In this document: in pieces, positions 1 through 9,070 of the stretch
Layout: the number at the start of each line of letters is the position of its first letter
How positions within the stretch are numbered: the stretch's first letter is position 1
Source of the DNA: Kiritimatiellia bacterium
GTDB lineage: Bacteria; Verrucomicrobiota; Kiritimatiellia; RFP12; UBA1067
Length of the DNA stretch: 53,713 bases
Reading direction: 5' to 3'
Assembly (NCBI GenBank): GCA_028684935.1
Contig: JAQUEX010000001.1
Coordinates: 1-53,713, forward strand
Notes under the pieces: model-generated
Told to the model about the DNA's origin: nothing
Seen by the model: only the letters and a program-made list of their open reading frames with translations
Database searches by the model: none
Translations under genes and position numbers: made by a program

Positions 1-19
1 TCATCAGCCGCGTACCGCT

Positions 20-1216
20 TTACACGTCCAGCTTGATGCCGGACTGCCGCAACACGCGTCTGACCGCGTTGAACGGCTTCTGGTCCTTGCCGGCCTTCTG
101 CTCCGCCACGAGGGCCAGATCGCCCAGCCGCCCGTTCATCGCGAGCGGCGGCCGGTTGCCGCCCGGTTCCACGCCGACCGTGTATTCGGTCTGGAACGCT
201 TCCAACTCGTCCTTGAATAGGAACGCGCGCGGACTGCGCTTCTGCTTGTCGCTCCAGCTCAGCCCCAGCTCCTGCAACCGCATCGCAAAGCACTGGGCGC
301 AGACGCCATAGCGCTTCTTCATGCGCAGCAGCAGATCCAGCGTCCACCCCTTCGGCGACACGCCCGCCTGCAGCACGGCCTTGCGCAAGGGCGCGGCCGG
401 CAGGAGAAAGCTCATCACAAAGCGACGCGCGAACTCACCCTCGTTCAGGACCTCGATTTCCGCGCCGTTCGCCACAGCCTCTTCTGCGGCGGCCGCGCTC
501 TGCTTGCGCGTGTACCAGAAGATGCGCCCCAGTTCGAAGACCACACGGGCCATCTGAAGTTCGGGCTGCTTTTTGAGCTGGCTGTTAACAAAGACAAACG
601 CGTTCCGATTGAGCGGATCATACCCGCTGAAGGTCGTGCAGCCCTCCGGCATGTCCAGAAAGATCACGCGCAAACCGGCCGTCTCAAGCAGGTCAATGTA
701 GTCGAACATCGTCGCCTGCCCGATCCCGAGCGCCTGACGCACATGCGCGGCCACCTGTTCGGCACCGGCCGTGTTGGGTGTGAACGGCACATTCAACGGA
801 ATGTCCAGCCGTCCCGAAACACCGGCCAGCACTTCCAGCTTGAGCACCGCTTCGGCCACCGTCTGACAGATGATGTGCGACGCCTTGACCGATTCCGCAT
901 CCTGATTCTCGCCCGAGTCCAACGGCGGCAACATCACCGGAGACAGGCCACCCGTGACCGACGCACTCTCCTCCCACACGTTCTTCTCTTGAAACAGATC
1001 GTCGATCCGCACATTCAACTGCTTGGCAAGCCGGTACAACACCCGCCCCGACGGCAGATGCTTGCCTTTCTCAATCCACCCGAGCGGCCCCGCCCGAATC
1101 CCGATGTCGGTGGCCAGTTGAATCTGCGAAATGCGCTGGATCTCGCGCAACTGGCGGATCCGTGCACCCACTCTCAACGCGATCTCGCGTTCAGCCTGCG
1201 TTTTGTGTTTACCCAT
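20..1216 (-). CDS. XRE-family HTH regulator fused to an ImmA/IrrE-like (COG2856-type) domain with a degenerate metal motif
   Basis: 398-aa ORF with ATG at 1216. The N-terminus 'ALRVGARIRQLREIQRISQIQLATDIGI...IEKG' is a Cro/C1-type HTH. The C-terminal half has ImmA/IrrE-like length and layout, but the position where HExxH is expected reads FELGR. Confidence 0.6.
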   Translation of the reverse strand: MGKHKTQAEREIALRVGARIRQLREIQRISQIQLATDIGIRAGPLGWIEKGKHLPSGRVLYRLAKQLNVRIDDLFQEKNVWEESASVTGGLSPVMLPPLDSGENQDAESVKASHIICQTVAEAVLKLEVLAGVSGRLDIPLNVPFTPNTAGAEQVAAHVRQALGIGQATMFDYIDLLETAGLRVIFLDMPEGCTTFSGYDPLNRNAFVFVNSQLKKQPELQMARVVFELGRIFWYTRKQSAAAAEEAVANGAEIEVLNEGEFARRFVMSFLLPAAPLRKAVLQAGVSPKGWTLDLLLRMKKRYGVCAQCFAMRLQELGLSWSDKQKRSPRAFLFKDELEAFQTEYTVGVEPGGNRPPLAMNGRLGDLALVAEQKAGKDQKPFNAVRRVLRQSGIKLDV

Positions 1217-1301
1217 GACCGACTCCTTCTGTTAAAGGTCCATCCAACTGAATCATTCTTCTGCCTGAATGTCCTCCGTTGAGCCTATAAGACAACGCCC
1301 G

Positions 1302-1339
1302 AAGGCATACCCGACGGAAACAAGCTTTAAGTATGCCTT
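1302..1339. promoter_or_regulatory. 9-bp inverted repeat AAGGCATAC-N20-GTATGCCTT in the AT-rich region upstream of the XRE gene (candidate operator)
   Basis: Perfect 9-bp arms at 1302-1310 and 1331-1339. They sit inside the only AT-rich stretch (1217-1458) between two minus-strand genes. Confidence 0.3.
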
Positions 1340-1458
1340 ATTGTGTTCACTTTCACAAGTTGATTTTATTAATGATACTTTTTTTCGTTCGACCCCTTCC
1401 GGCCGACACTGAGAAGCCGACTACGGGAAGACCATTAGCTGCCACATAGGTAATACCC

Positions 1459-2826
1459 CTAGAGTTTTCGAGCAACCATCGTTTGCCGCGCGGCGTCGCG
1501 CCCGCGCCGGTACTCAGGCGCATAGACGGCCGAATCGCGCACCACGCACCCCCCGCGCCCGACCCCGTCTTTCATGATCTGCGAGCACATGGAGCACGTG
1601 ACGCAACACTTGCCGGGAACCATGCCGCCGCCCCGCAGGATGTCGTTCGGCGCGTCGGGATAGGCAAACGCCGAACGGCCGAAGCCGATCAGGTCGCACC
1701 AGCCCTCCCGCACCAGACCGGCGGCGACCGGCGGCGCCAGATGGCGCAGCCACGACAGCGCGGCTGTGATGACCGGCGCCCCCCCGGCCGCACGCCGCAC
1801 CGATCGCACGGTCTCCTGAAACCGCACCACCCCGCGCAGCGGATCTTCCGGCGGGGGCGGGCATCCGGCCAGCGCGCGGTCATGCGGCCGGTTCAGATAG
1901 GGCTGGAAACGCGGATAGCCCATGGAGATGTTGTGAAGCGGCACACCCAGCGCGGTCAATTCGCCGATCAGCCGCAACGGCTCGGCGAGATCGGGCTGCC
2001 ACGCCCCCTCGCACGCCGCCACACCCCAGCCGTACGGATAATCCGAGGGCTCAAGCACGGTCAGCCGCGAGGCCACCCACGTCGTGCGGGCGAGCGCCTG
2101 CCGCATGTCCGACACGCAGGCCTTCAGAAACCGCGTGCGGTTTTCATACGGGCCGCCGTAACGCCCCTCGCGGCCGCGCGCGCCCAGCAGCTCGGCCACC
2201 AGATAACCGTGCACCGCCTTCATGTCCACGCCGTCAAAGCCCGCCCGCTCAGCCCGTACCGCAGTCGCCACAAACGCCTCGCGCAGCCGCTCCAGCGCGT
2301 CATCGCCGACGGGTTCCGTGACGGGCATCTCGGGCATCGCCTGCTCGAGCCGGGGATTGCGCTGCGCCGTGACCGGCGCCGGCCGGCCCTGCGGACGGCT
2401 GTAGCGGCCGCTGTGGGTCAACTGCAAGAGCAGCACGACGTCGCCGCACCCCTGCTCGCGCGCCGCGCGGCGCGTCTCATCCACCAGCCGGCGCCACACG
2501 TCGAGATTCGAGTCGGTCAGCATGAGCTGGCGCGGGCCGGAGCGGCCCTCCGGCACGACCGCCGCCGACTCGAACCAGATCAGCGCGCTGCCGCCTGCCG
2601 CAAAGCGCCGGTAACGCCGGAAGGTCAGTTCTCCCGGCGTGCCCCCGTCGTCGCCGGCATCCACACCCTCCATCGGCTGCACCACAAACCGGTTCGCCAG
2701 CCTGCGCCCCGCCACCGCCACCGGCTCGCCCAGCACCGCCAGATCGTCGCTCCACGGCAACGCCGCCCCGATCCTGGCCAACTCCGCCGACAAGTCCTCC
2801 CGCGTCTTCAAATCAAACCGTTTCAT
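1459..2826 (-). CDS. NADH:flavin oxidoreductase, Old Yellow Enzyme / 2,4-dienoyl-CoA-reductase-like family
   Basis: 'FDGVDMKAVHGYLVAELLG' is the OYE TIM-barrel signature. The C-terminus has a Cys cluster, CCVTCSMC...GGC. Start trimmed to the ATG at 2826 (MKRFDLK), because the upstream extension in the ORF track looks non-coding. Confidence 0.75.
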   Translation of the reverse strand: MKRFDLKTREDLSAELARIGAALPWSDDLAVLGEPVAVAGRRLANRFVVQPMEGVDAGDDGGTPGELTFRRYRRFAAGGSALIWFESAAVVPEGRSGPRQLMLTDSNLDVWRRLVDETRRAAREQGCGDVVLLLQLTHSGRYSRPQGRPAPVTAQRNPRLEQAMPEMPVTEPVGDDALERLREAFVATAVRAERAGFDGVDMKAVHGYLVAELLGARGREGRYGGPYENRTRFLKACVSDMRQALARTTWVASRLTVLEPSDYPYGWGVAACEGAWQPDLAEPLRLIGELTALGVPLHNISMGYPRFQPYLNRPHDRALAGCPPPPEDPLRGVVRFQETVRSVRRAAGGAPVITAALSWLRHLAPPVAAGLVREGWCDLIGFGRSAFAYPDAPNDILRGGGMVPGKCCVTCSMCSQIMKDGVGRGGCVVRDSAVYAPEYRRGRDAARQTMVARKL

Positions 2827-2890
2827 GCGCGTCGCCCTCTCCAAAAAAACAGCATTCACAGCCAGCCCTGATTGAGCGATACTGTACCAC

Positions 2891-3370
2891 ATGGATATTC
2901 CCGTCACCACCGCCATCCGCGCCCTGCGCGCCGGCAAGGCCGACTACGAGCCCTTCGTCTACGCGTATGTGGACCACGGCGGCACCGGGCGCGCCGCGAG
3001 CGAACTCGGCATCGACGAACATTTGACGGTCAAGACCATCGTGCTGGAAACGGACGCCAAGAAGCCCCTGATCGTGCTGATGCACGGCGACCGCGAGATC
3101 TCGGCCAAGCAGATGGCCCGCGTGCTCGGCGTCAAAGCCGTCACGCCCTGCACGCCGGACACGGTGACCCGCCACACGGGCTATCAGGTGGGCGGCACCA
3201 GCCCCTTCGGCACACGCAAGGCGCTGCCGGTCTACGCCGAGGCGACCCTCTTCGATCTGCCGCACCTTTACATCAACGGCGGCCGCCGCGGCCTGCTCGT
3301 CAAGATCGCGCCGGCCGTGCTCGACCGCCTGCTCCACCCGCAGCGGGTGAACGTCGCCATCAGCACATGA
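2891..3370 (+). CDS. ybaK: Cys-tRNA(Pro)/Cys-tRNA(Cys) deacylase, YbaK/EbsC family
   Basis: 159 aa. 'TVKTIVLE...PLIVLMHGDREISAKQMARVLG...GYQVGGTSPFG' matches the YbaK trans-editing domain pattern. Confidence 0.8.
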   Translation: MDIPVTTAIRALRAGKADYEPFVYAYVDHGGTGRAASELGIDEHLTVKTIVLETDAKKPLIVLMHGDREISAKQMARVLGVKAVTPCTPDTVTRHTGYQVGGTSPFGTRKALPVYAEATLFDLPHLYINGGRRGLLVKIAPAVLDRLLHPQRVNVAIST

Positions 3371-3400
3371 CCTCCTGCGTCGTGAGCCTGCGGCGCGGCG

Positions 3401-5722
3401 TCACTCCGCGCGGCTGATCTCCAGCTTGTCGATGTAGAGCGCCGCGAGCGCCGGGCTTTCGGCGTGCGCCTTCTTGTCGAAGCGCCCGGGCCCGATCCAG
3501 AAATAGTGGTCCGTCTCCGGCACCCACTCTGCCACGTCGTACCAGTGATACCCCTCGCCGACCGCCTCCACCGCGCGCGTGCAGCCGCCGCCGCAGCCGC
3601 GCCGGTTCTTGGCATCGTACACCCCGCTCCAGAACGCCTCGCCCGCCGGACCGGACTTCTTCTCGACCCGCACGCGCATGCGGATGCGGTAGCGCGCGCC
3701 GGGATCGAACGCCACCTGGCTGAAGCGCAGCGTGGTGCACCACTCGTAATGCGTGTTGGCCAGCTTCATCGCCGAGCCGTCCTCGGCCAGCGGGTCCGCC
3801 ACCGTCTCGCCCCATGTGCCGCGGTTGCCGAGCGAGAGCGCGGTGTCTTCCACTGTCGCCGTCGTCTTCGCGCCCCCAGCCGGCGGCACGCTCGGCACCG
3901 CCAGGAAGCGCCACGTTTCAACCATGCGCGCGTGCGCCTCCACGCCCTCGGAGAGGCGCATGTTCTTCGCCTCGTCGAAACGCGCCAGCAGCTCCTTCGC
4001 CAGCCGGCGGTGTTCAGCCGGCACGTCATACCGCAGCGGATCGGACGTGACCCAAACCTTCTTGGGCTCGTGCGCCGGCAGGCGCGCCAGACGCGCGGCC
4101 AGCACCGGCACCGCGCCCATGCGCACGTTGTAGAGGTGCGCGGGCGACGCCTGGACCGCCTCTTCGGCCTGCCGCCACAGCGTCTCGGCGCGCGCGTAGA
4201 ACGCATCCGGGATGACCGGGTTCTTCACATCGTCGAAGATCCGCAGCGGCGCGTTGGTCGTCACCCCGTAAAAGCCGTGCACCTCGTCGAAATACCGCCG
4301 CACCTGCGGCGCGGCCGCGCCGTAATAACCCTCGAAAAAAGTCTTCAGCAGCGGCTCGGCCGGCAGCTCGGGATTCCACAGCCACTTGGCGAGCAGCCAG
4401 CCCTTCAGCTCGGCGAAATCGGCGTGCCGCCCCTGATACGCGCCCTGCTCGAAGAGCCCGGCCACATGGTTCTCACGGAAAAAGCGCACGTTCTCCTGCA
4501 GCGCGCGCACATTGGGAAACGGCGCGACATAGGAGCGGAAATTCGTGGTGTAGTCCCAGATGAACAGCGTATTGGCGATCGCGCTCCAGCCGCGGATGTC
4601 CTCGACGAAACTGCGGTTTTCTTTAAAATCGCTGACGGCGAGCGGCCGCGCGAAATCGCATTCGATGGTGCAGAGGCGCGGCACCACGTTGCGGCGCGGC
4701 CGCACCGTCTTGGGCGGCTTGCGCGTGTACTGGTAGGCGAGTGTCTCGATCCAGACCTCCGGAAACTCCTTCTCCACCGCCTCAGCCACTTTGTTGACGA
4801 AGGTTATCAGCGTACCGGCATGCGACCCCTCGCGCTCGTCGACCGCCCGGCAGGCCGGGCAGGTGCAGGGGTTGCGCCAATCGTTCTGGCTCACGCTGAA
4901 GAGCTTCGCGCCCGGATCCTTGCGGATGCGCGCCAGCAGGCGCTCGGTGACGATCCGCAGCACGTCCGGATGGGTCAGGCAAAGTTGCGTGTGATCCTTG
5001 ATGCGGCGGCCGTTGACCTCGCTGAAATACTCCGGGTGCTCCGCGAAAAATTCCTCCGGCGGACACAGCACGTTGAAGGTGTGGCAAAAAAGCCCGCCGC
5101 CGAAGCGGAAGCTGTTGCCGCCATGCCGCGCCTGCAGCCGCATGCTGTTGCCGTTGGCCTTGTTGCGCGCCGCGAAATCGCCGTTGAACAGATCAAACCA
5201 GAACGGTTCGCGCATCGCGAAGGCGGGCTGCTGGGTCTCGTCAAGCGCCGGCACCTCCAGCGTCTCCAGCGCCGGGATGACGCTATGCCACGAGCTGAAC
5301 CAGCGGCAGCCGCCGAACCGCTCAAGCACTTCATACACGCCGTGCAGGGCACCGCGCGCCGGCCCGCCGAGGATCAGCAGATGGGGCGGCCGGCACACCA
5401 GCCGGAACCCGTCTTCGCCCAGCGCCGCCACCGCCGCCGGCGCACCGAGCGCTGCCGCCGTGTGACGCGTGTCGCCGATCAGCACCGCCCGCTCCGGCAG
5501 CGGACCCTCGTCGGTCATGATCGGCAGCGTCACGCCGGTCAGTTGCGCCGTGAACCGCTGCAGCTCCTCCGCCGCGTACACCTGCGACGGCGACGCCTGC
5601 GCCGGCCGCACCAGCGTGACAGCCGCCGGCTGGCCGCGCCGCGCCAGCGTCACCGACTGCGCCGCCAGGCCGAACGGCACCAGCAGCGCGACGAACAGAC
5701 TCCACCCAGCCCTTCTCATCAC
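3401..5722 (-). CDS. secreted DUF4838-family glycoside-hydrolase-like protein with a C-terminal beta-sandwich module
   Basis: 773 aa with a signal peptide (MMRRAGWSLFVALLVPFGLAAQS). 'GEDGFRLV...LLILGGPARGALHGVYEVLERFGGCRWF' is typical of the DUF4838 N-terminal region. Confidence 0.6.
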   Translation of the reverse strand: MMRRAGWSLFVALLVPFGLAAQSVTLARRGQPAAVTLVRPAQASPSQVYAAEELQRFTAQLTGVTLPIMTDEGPLPERAVLIGDTRHTAAALGAPAAVAALGEDGFRLVCRPPHLLILGGPARGALHGVYEVLERFGGCRWFSSWHSVIPALETLEVPALDETQQPAFAMREPFWFDLFNGDFAARNKANGNSMRLQARHGGNSFRFGGGLFCHTFNVLCPPEEFFAEHPEYFSEVNGRRIKDHTQLCLTHPDVLRIVTERLLARIRKDPGAKLFSVSQNDWRNPCTCPACRAVDEREGSHAGTLITFVNKVAEAVEKEFPEVWIETLAYQYTRKPPKTVRPRRNVVPRLCTIECDFARPLAVSDFKENRSFVEDIRGWSAIANTLFIWDYTTNFRSYVAPFPNVRALQENVRFFRENHVAGLFEQGAYQGRHADFAELKGWLLAKWLWNPELPAEPLLKTFFEGYYGAAAPQVRRYFDEVHGFYGVTTNAPLRIFDDVKNPVIPDAFYARAETLWRQAEEAVQASPAHLYNVRMGAVPVLAARLARLPAHEPKKVWVTSDPLRYDVPAEHRRLAKELLARFDEAKNMRLSEGVEAHARMVETWRFLAVPSVPPAGGAKTTATVEDTALSLGNRGTWGETVADPLAEDGSAMKLANTHYEWCTTLRFSQVAFDPGARYRIRMRVRVEKKSGPAGEAFWSGVYDAKNRRGCGGGCTRAVEAVGEGYHWYDVAEWVPETDHYFWIGPGRFDKKAHAESPALAALYIDKLEISRAE

Positions 5723-5838
5723 GTCCCCCTCCCCCCGTTATACTCTGCACAGCACACGACACGGACACGCCCCCGGTAGGGCGGTCTCGCCGAGGCGTCC
5801 TATAACTTGAACGTTTTGTCACACTTCAAGCGTAAAAC

Positions 5839-5960
5839 CGGTTAGGTTTTTCGGGTAAGCGTATTCGGTTAAGGGTGGCGAGCAAGTGTTTCATCCTACT
5901 CTCAACCGCCCGCTTAACCGTACCCTTACTCGGCTACCCTTACCCGACCCGCTTACATCG
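5839..5960. promoter_or_regulatory. array of seven 8-bp boxes (CGGKTARG x3, then the reverse complement CTTAMNCG x4) at about 13-bp spacing
   Basis: Boxes start at 5839, 5852 and 5866 (forward) and at 5913, 5925, 5939 and 5952 (reverse). They are arranged with dyad symmetry around about 5893. The array lies in the 299-bp gap upstream of the DUF4838 gene and downstream of 6022..7020. Confidence 0.4.
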
Positions 5961-6021
5961 ATTGCCATCCAACGTTCCCGAAGTTACCACCCTCGTTTGT
6001 TCCCGTTCCGCGGGCGACGGG

Positions 6022-7020
6022 CTAACCGATGCCCTGCGGCCGGCCCAGGACCGCTTCGACGCGCTGCGCCAGCCGCCGCGCGAAGTCATCCAGCTTGTCG
6101 CGCGTCCACGGGGTCACCACGACTTGCCGCGTGTCGACAAACAGCTTCTTGTCGCGGGCCTCGCTCTCTTCGCACGTCCAGAAGAGCGGCTTGCCGAGAC
6201 CGACCGCCAGGCCCGCGCCGAAAAAGGCGAGCGGCGACTGGCCGGTGAGATCCGCCACCACGATCGACGCGCGGCGCAGATCCACAATCTGCTCATCTGT
6301 GATCTTGTTGGCGTGCTCGCGGCTGTCGATGCGCACCGCCGCGTAGCCCGCGGTCTGGAGGCCGGCCGAGAGGCCCTGCGTCCAGAGCGCGTCCGCATCC
6401 TTGTCGAGCGTCAACGAGACCGCGGCCAACGGCTGCGCCGGCTGCACGCGCGCCGTGTCGAGCGCGGCCCAGCCGGCCGGCGTCAGGCGGTAGGCCAGCC
6501 CGCCGCCCTGCGGGGCCTGCGGCCCTTTGCCGCCGCGCGGCGCGGCCGCCTCCTCCTCGATCAGGCCGCGTTCAGCGAGGTAGCGCAGGCAGAAAAGCAG
6601 CTCATGCTTGTTGGCGCAGAACCCGACCGCCAGCTCGTTCGGCGTGAGCGCCACGCTCTCCGCGAGCGTCTTGGAGCGCCGCCGCAGATAGCGCAGCAGG
6701 TAGTCGCCTTTGGCCGCCACGTCCGTGTCGCGCGGCACGGCCAGTTTGGCCACCTTGTCCAGTTCCGCCCACGACTTGAAGAGATCGACGGTCACCAGCA
6801 GCCGCTCGCCCAGGATGTCCCAGGTGTTGCGGCAGAGCCCGGAGAGCAGGTGCGCCGGCGGAAAGGCCGGCGGGCTGTTCATGAGCTGCGTCTCGGCCAG
6901 CGCCTGAATCTGGTAGCGCCCGCAGCGCGGGCAGTGGATCTCGAAGGTGTTGGCGCCGGCCCCCGAATGCGTGGCATTCGGTGCGCGGCAGACCGGACAC
7001 TGTTGTGTGCGGTTATCCAT
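6022..7020 (-). CDS. Zn-ribbon + winged-helix + nucleoside 2-deoxyribosyltransferase-like (Rossmann-like) domain protein, function unknown
   Basis: 332 aa. The N-terminus has CPVC...CPRC (a zinc ribbon). The middle 'LLFCLRYLAERGLIE...YRLTPAGWAAL' looks like a wHTH. The C-terminus 'IVVADLTGQSPLAFFGAGLAVGLGKPLFW' follows the aDlT..pNV.yElG.A.alGKPv motif of NDT-like domains, but with Glu replaced by Gly. Its ATG overlaps the stop of the upstream transporter (ATGGATAA). Confidence 0.6.
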   Translation of the reverse strand: MDNRTQQCPVCRAPNATHSGAGANTFEIHCPRCGRYQIQALAETQLMNSPPAFPPAHLLSGLCRNTWDILGERLLVTVDLFKSWAELDKVAKLAVPRDTDVAAKGDYLLRYLRRRSKTLAESVALTPNELAVGFCANKHELLFCLRYLAERGLIEEEAAAPRGGKGPQAPQGGGLAYRLTPAGWAALDTARVQPAQPLAAVSLTLDKDADALWTQGLSAGLQTAGYAAVRIDSREHANKITDEQIVDLRRASIVVADLTGQSPLAFFGAGLAVGLGKPLFWTCEESEARDKKLFVDTRQVVVTPWTRDKLDDFARRLAQRVEAVLGRPQGIG

Positions 7021-8242
7021 GTTTCTTCCCCTGGACGGCAGGTTTGAAGGCTACCGCCATCAGCACGGCCAGCGCCAAAGAGATGGCCAGTGCGATCAGA
7101 TAAGGGGTCGTCCACACGTGTGCGCCGGTTTCGGCCACCACACTCTTTTTGAGCACCGCGTCAAACACAAAGTTCGAGAGGAACGTGCCCAAGCTGAACA
7201 TGATCAGACCGATGAAGCCCTGCGCTTGGCCGCGCAGCTCGGCGGGTGCCGCCGCGTCCACATACATCTGGCTGCCGACGATCAGCATGCCGAAGATCAG
7301 ACCGTGGATCAGGATGCCGGCATAATCGCCGACCTGAATCCCGCTCGACGCGCCCAGATACAACATGCCGTACCGGAAGACCAGCGCCAGCAGGCCCAGC
7401 ACCATCGCCCACTTGTACCCCACCTTCTTCAAGATGACCGGGATCAGCAGCATGAAGACCAGCTCCAGCACCTGCCCGAGGTTCATGACCCCCGTCAGAT
7501 ACTCGTAGCCGCGCTCCTTCAGATAGGTGCTGTTGTAGACGTTGTACCACTGGAACGGCACCATCGCCAGCAGGATGAGCACCGAGAACACCAAAAAGTC
7601 CGGACGCTTGAGCAGCACCAGCGCGCGCAACCCCAGCGCATCGGCCAGCGACACCTTCTGCCCCTTGGCCGGCGGCTGGGTCGGCGGCAGGAAGAAGGCC
7701 AGCACGCCGCCCATCACAGCGGCGATCGCGCCGCCCGCAAAGATATACGGGGTGCTGTCGAACTGCGCGATGCCGAATAATTTCGTGCCCACAATGCTGA
7801 AGATCGCCGCCGCGACCCAGCCCAGCGTGCCGAACACGCGGATCTGCGGGAACGCCTCGGTCGTGCTGTTCGCCATCGCAATCGTGGCGGTCAGCGACCA
7901 GGTCGGCATGTAGAACACCATCACCAGCAACAACGTCACGAACAGGGCCGCCGGCGTCTTGACCGTGTAGGCGTACGCCAGCAGCGCGGCCGCCACGAAG
8001 TTACAGAGCGCCAGTACTTTCTCGCTGTTCATCAGCCGGTCTGCGAACATACCGAAAATCGGCGAGGCCAACGCGCCGAAGCCCATGATCATGCCGCACA
8101 ATAGCGGCAAGACGCTGCCCTCCGGCGCCATCTTGGTGATGTACGGGAACATCGGAATGAACCAGACCGGAAGAATCATGAACTGCAAGAACATCATCGC
8201 GCTGAGTTTGACGCGCGTCCCCATCGGCATCGTGTTCGACAT
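7013..8242 (-). CDS. MFS nucleoside:H+ symporter family transporter (NupG/XapB-like)
   Basis: 'MSNTMPMGTRVKLSAMMFLQFMILPVWFIPMFPYI' resembles the NupG-family N-terminus, and about 12 hydrophobic segments are visible. Start trimmed to the ATG at 8242. Confidence 0.7.
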   Translation of the reverse strand: MSNTMPMGTRVKLSAMMFLQFMILPVWFIPMFPYITKMAPEGSVLPLLCGMIMGFGALASPIFGMFADRLMNSEKVLALCNFVAAALLAYAYTVKTPAALFVTLLLVMVFYMPTWSLTATIAMANSTTEAFPQIRVFGTLGWVAAAIFSIVGTKLFGIAQFDSTPYIFAGGAIAAVMGGVLAFFLPPTQPPAKGQKVSLADALGLRALVLLKRPDFLVFSVLILLAMVPFQWYNVYNSTYLKERGYEYLTGVMNLGQVLELVFMLLIPVILKKVGYKWAMVLGLLALVFRYGMLYLGASSGIQVGDYAGILIHGLIFGMLIVGSQMYVDAAAPAELRGQAQGFIGLIMFSLGTFLSNFVFDAVLKKSVVAETGAHVWTTPYLIALAISLALAVLMAVAFKPAVQGKKHG

Positions 8243-8414
8243 ACCAGCTCCCTTGTTGCGGCGCGGGCTCGCCCGGTCCGCAGAATGGCGGGCGCCCGGC
8301 GCAGGTCCTCCCCGGGACCTCCCGCACGTCGTCCGTTTTTCAACCACTTAGTGTGCGCCCATTATCAACACGCCCGCATTGAAATGTCAACGAAAACCGT
8401 GTAACCTCTCCGGC

Positions 8415-9050
8415 ATGAAACTGCTCATTACCGCAGGCCCGACGCGCGAGCATCTCGACCCCGTGCGCTTTCTCAGCAACCGGTCGTCCGGCCGGATGGG
8501 CTTCGCAGTCGCCCAAGCCGCCGTGGAGCGCGGCCATACCGTGACGCTCGTCGCCGGCCCGGTCGCGCTGCCGACCCCCGAGCACGTCTTCCGCGTCGAC
8601 GTCGTGAGCGCGCTCGACATGCTGGCGGCCGTACGCCGCCTGCTCCCCTACCAGCACGCGCTGGTGATGTGCGCGGCCGTGGCCGACTGGCGGCCGAAAA
8701 CCCAGAGCGGTGTCAAGCTCAAGAAAGCCGAGATGCCGCCGGTGATCGAGCTGGAACCCAACCCCGACATCCTCAAAACCCTGCACCCGCTCAAAGAGGG
8801 CCGGCCCTTCGTGGGCTTCGCCGCCGAAACCGGCGACCCGCTGGCCGAGGCGCAGCGCAAACTGACCAGCAAGGGGCTCGACCTGATCGTCGCGAATGAC
8901 GTCTCCCGCCCCGATGCCGGCTTTGAAGTGGACACCAACCTCGTCACCTTCCTCACCGCATCCGAGCCGCCCCGCGCCCTGCCGCTGCAGAGCAAGCTCG
9001 ATGTCGGCCGCGCCATCGTCGCCTGGCTGGAACAGTGCGCCGCCGTCTGA
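8415..9050 (+). CDS. coaB: phosphopantothenate--cysteine ligase (stand-alone CoaB domain)
   Basis: '[29 protein letters not shown]' is the CoaB half of Dfp/CoaBC. No CoaC flavoprotein domain is attached. Start trimmed to the ATG at 8415. Confidence 0.8.
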   Translation: MKLLITAGPTREHLDPVRFLSNRSSGRMGFAVAQAAVERGHTVTLVAGPVALPTPEHVFRVDVVSALDMLAAVRRLLPYQHALVMCAAVADWRPKTQSGVKLKKAEMPPVIELEPNPDILKTLHPLKEGRPFVGFAAETGDPLAEAQRKLTSKGLDLIVANDVSRPDAGFEVDTNLVTFLTASEPPRALPLQSKLDVGRAIVAWLEQCAAV

Positions 9051-9070
9051 CCACGCCCCGCCTGCGGCGT

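Noticed and set aside
1483-2871. Long + strand ORF (462 aa). Similar long ORFs lie antisense to real genes across the window, e.g. 3464-5779(+), 14060-15979(-), 28620-30335(+), 32769-35318(+), 39106-42267(+), 43784-45001(+) and 49518-50732(+).
   Set aside because: Their translations are dominated by Arg/Pro/His/Ala/Gly runs with no recognisable motifs. Each lies opposite a frame with clear family signatures. This is the expected artefact of about 65% GC, where stop codons are rare in antisense frames.
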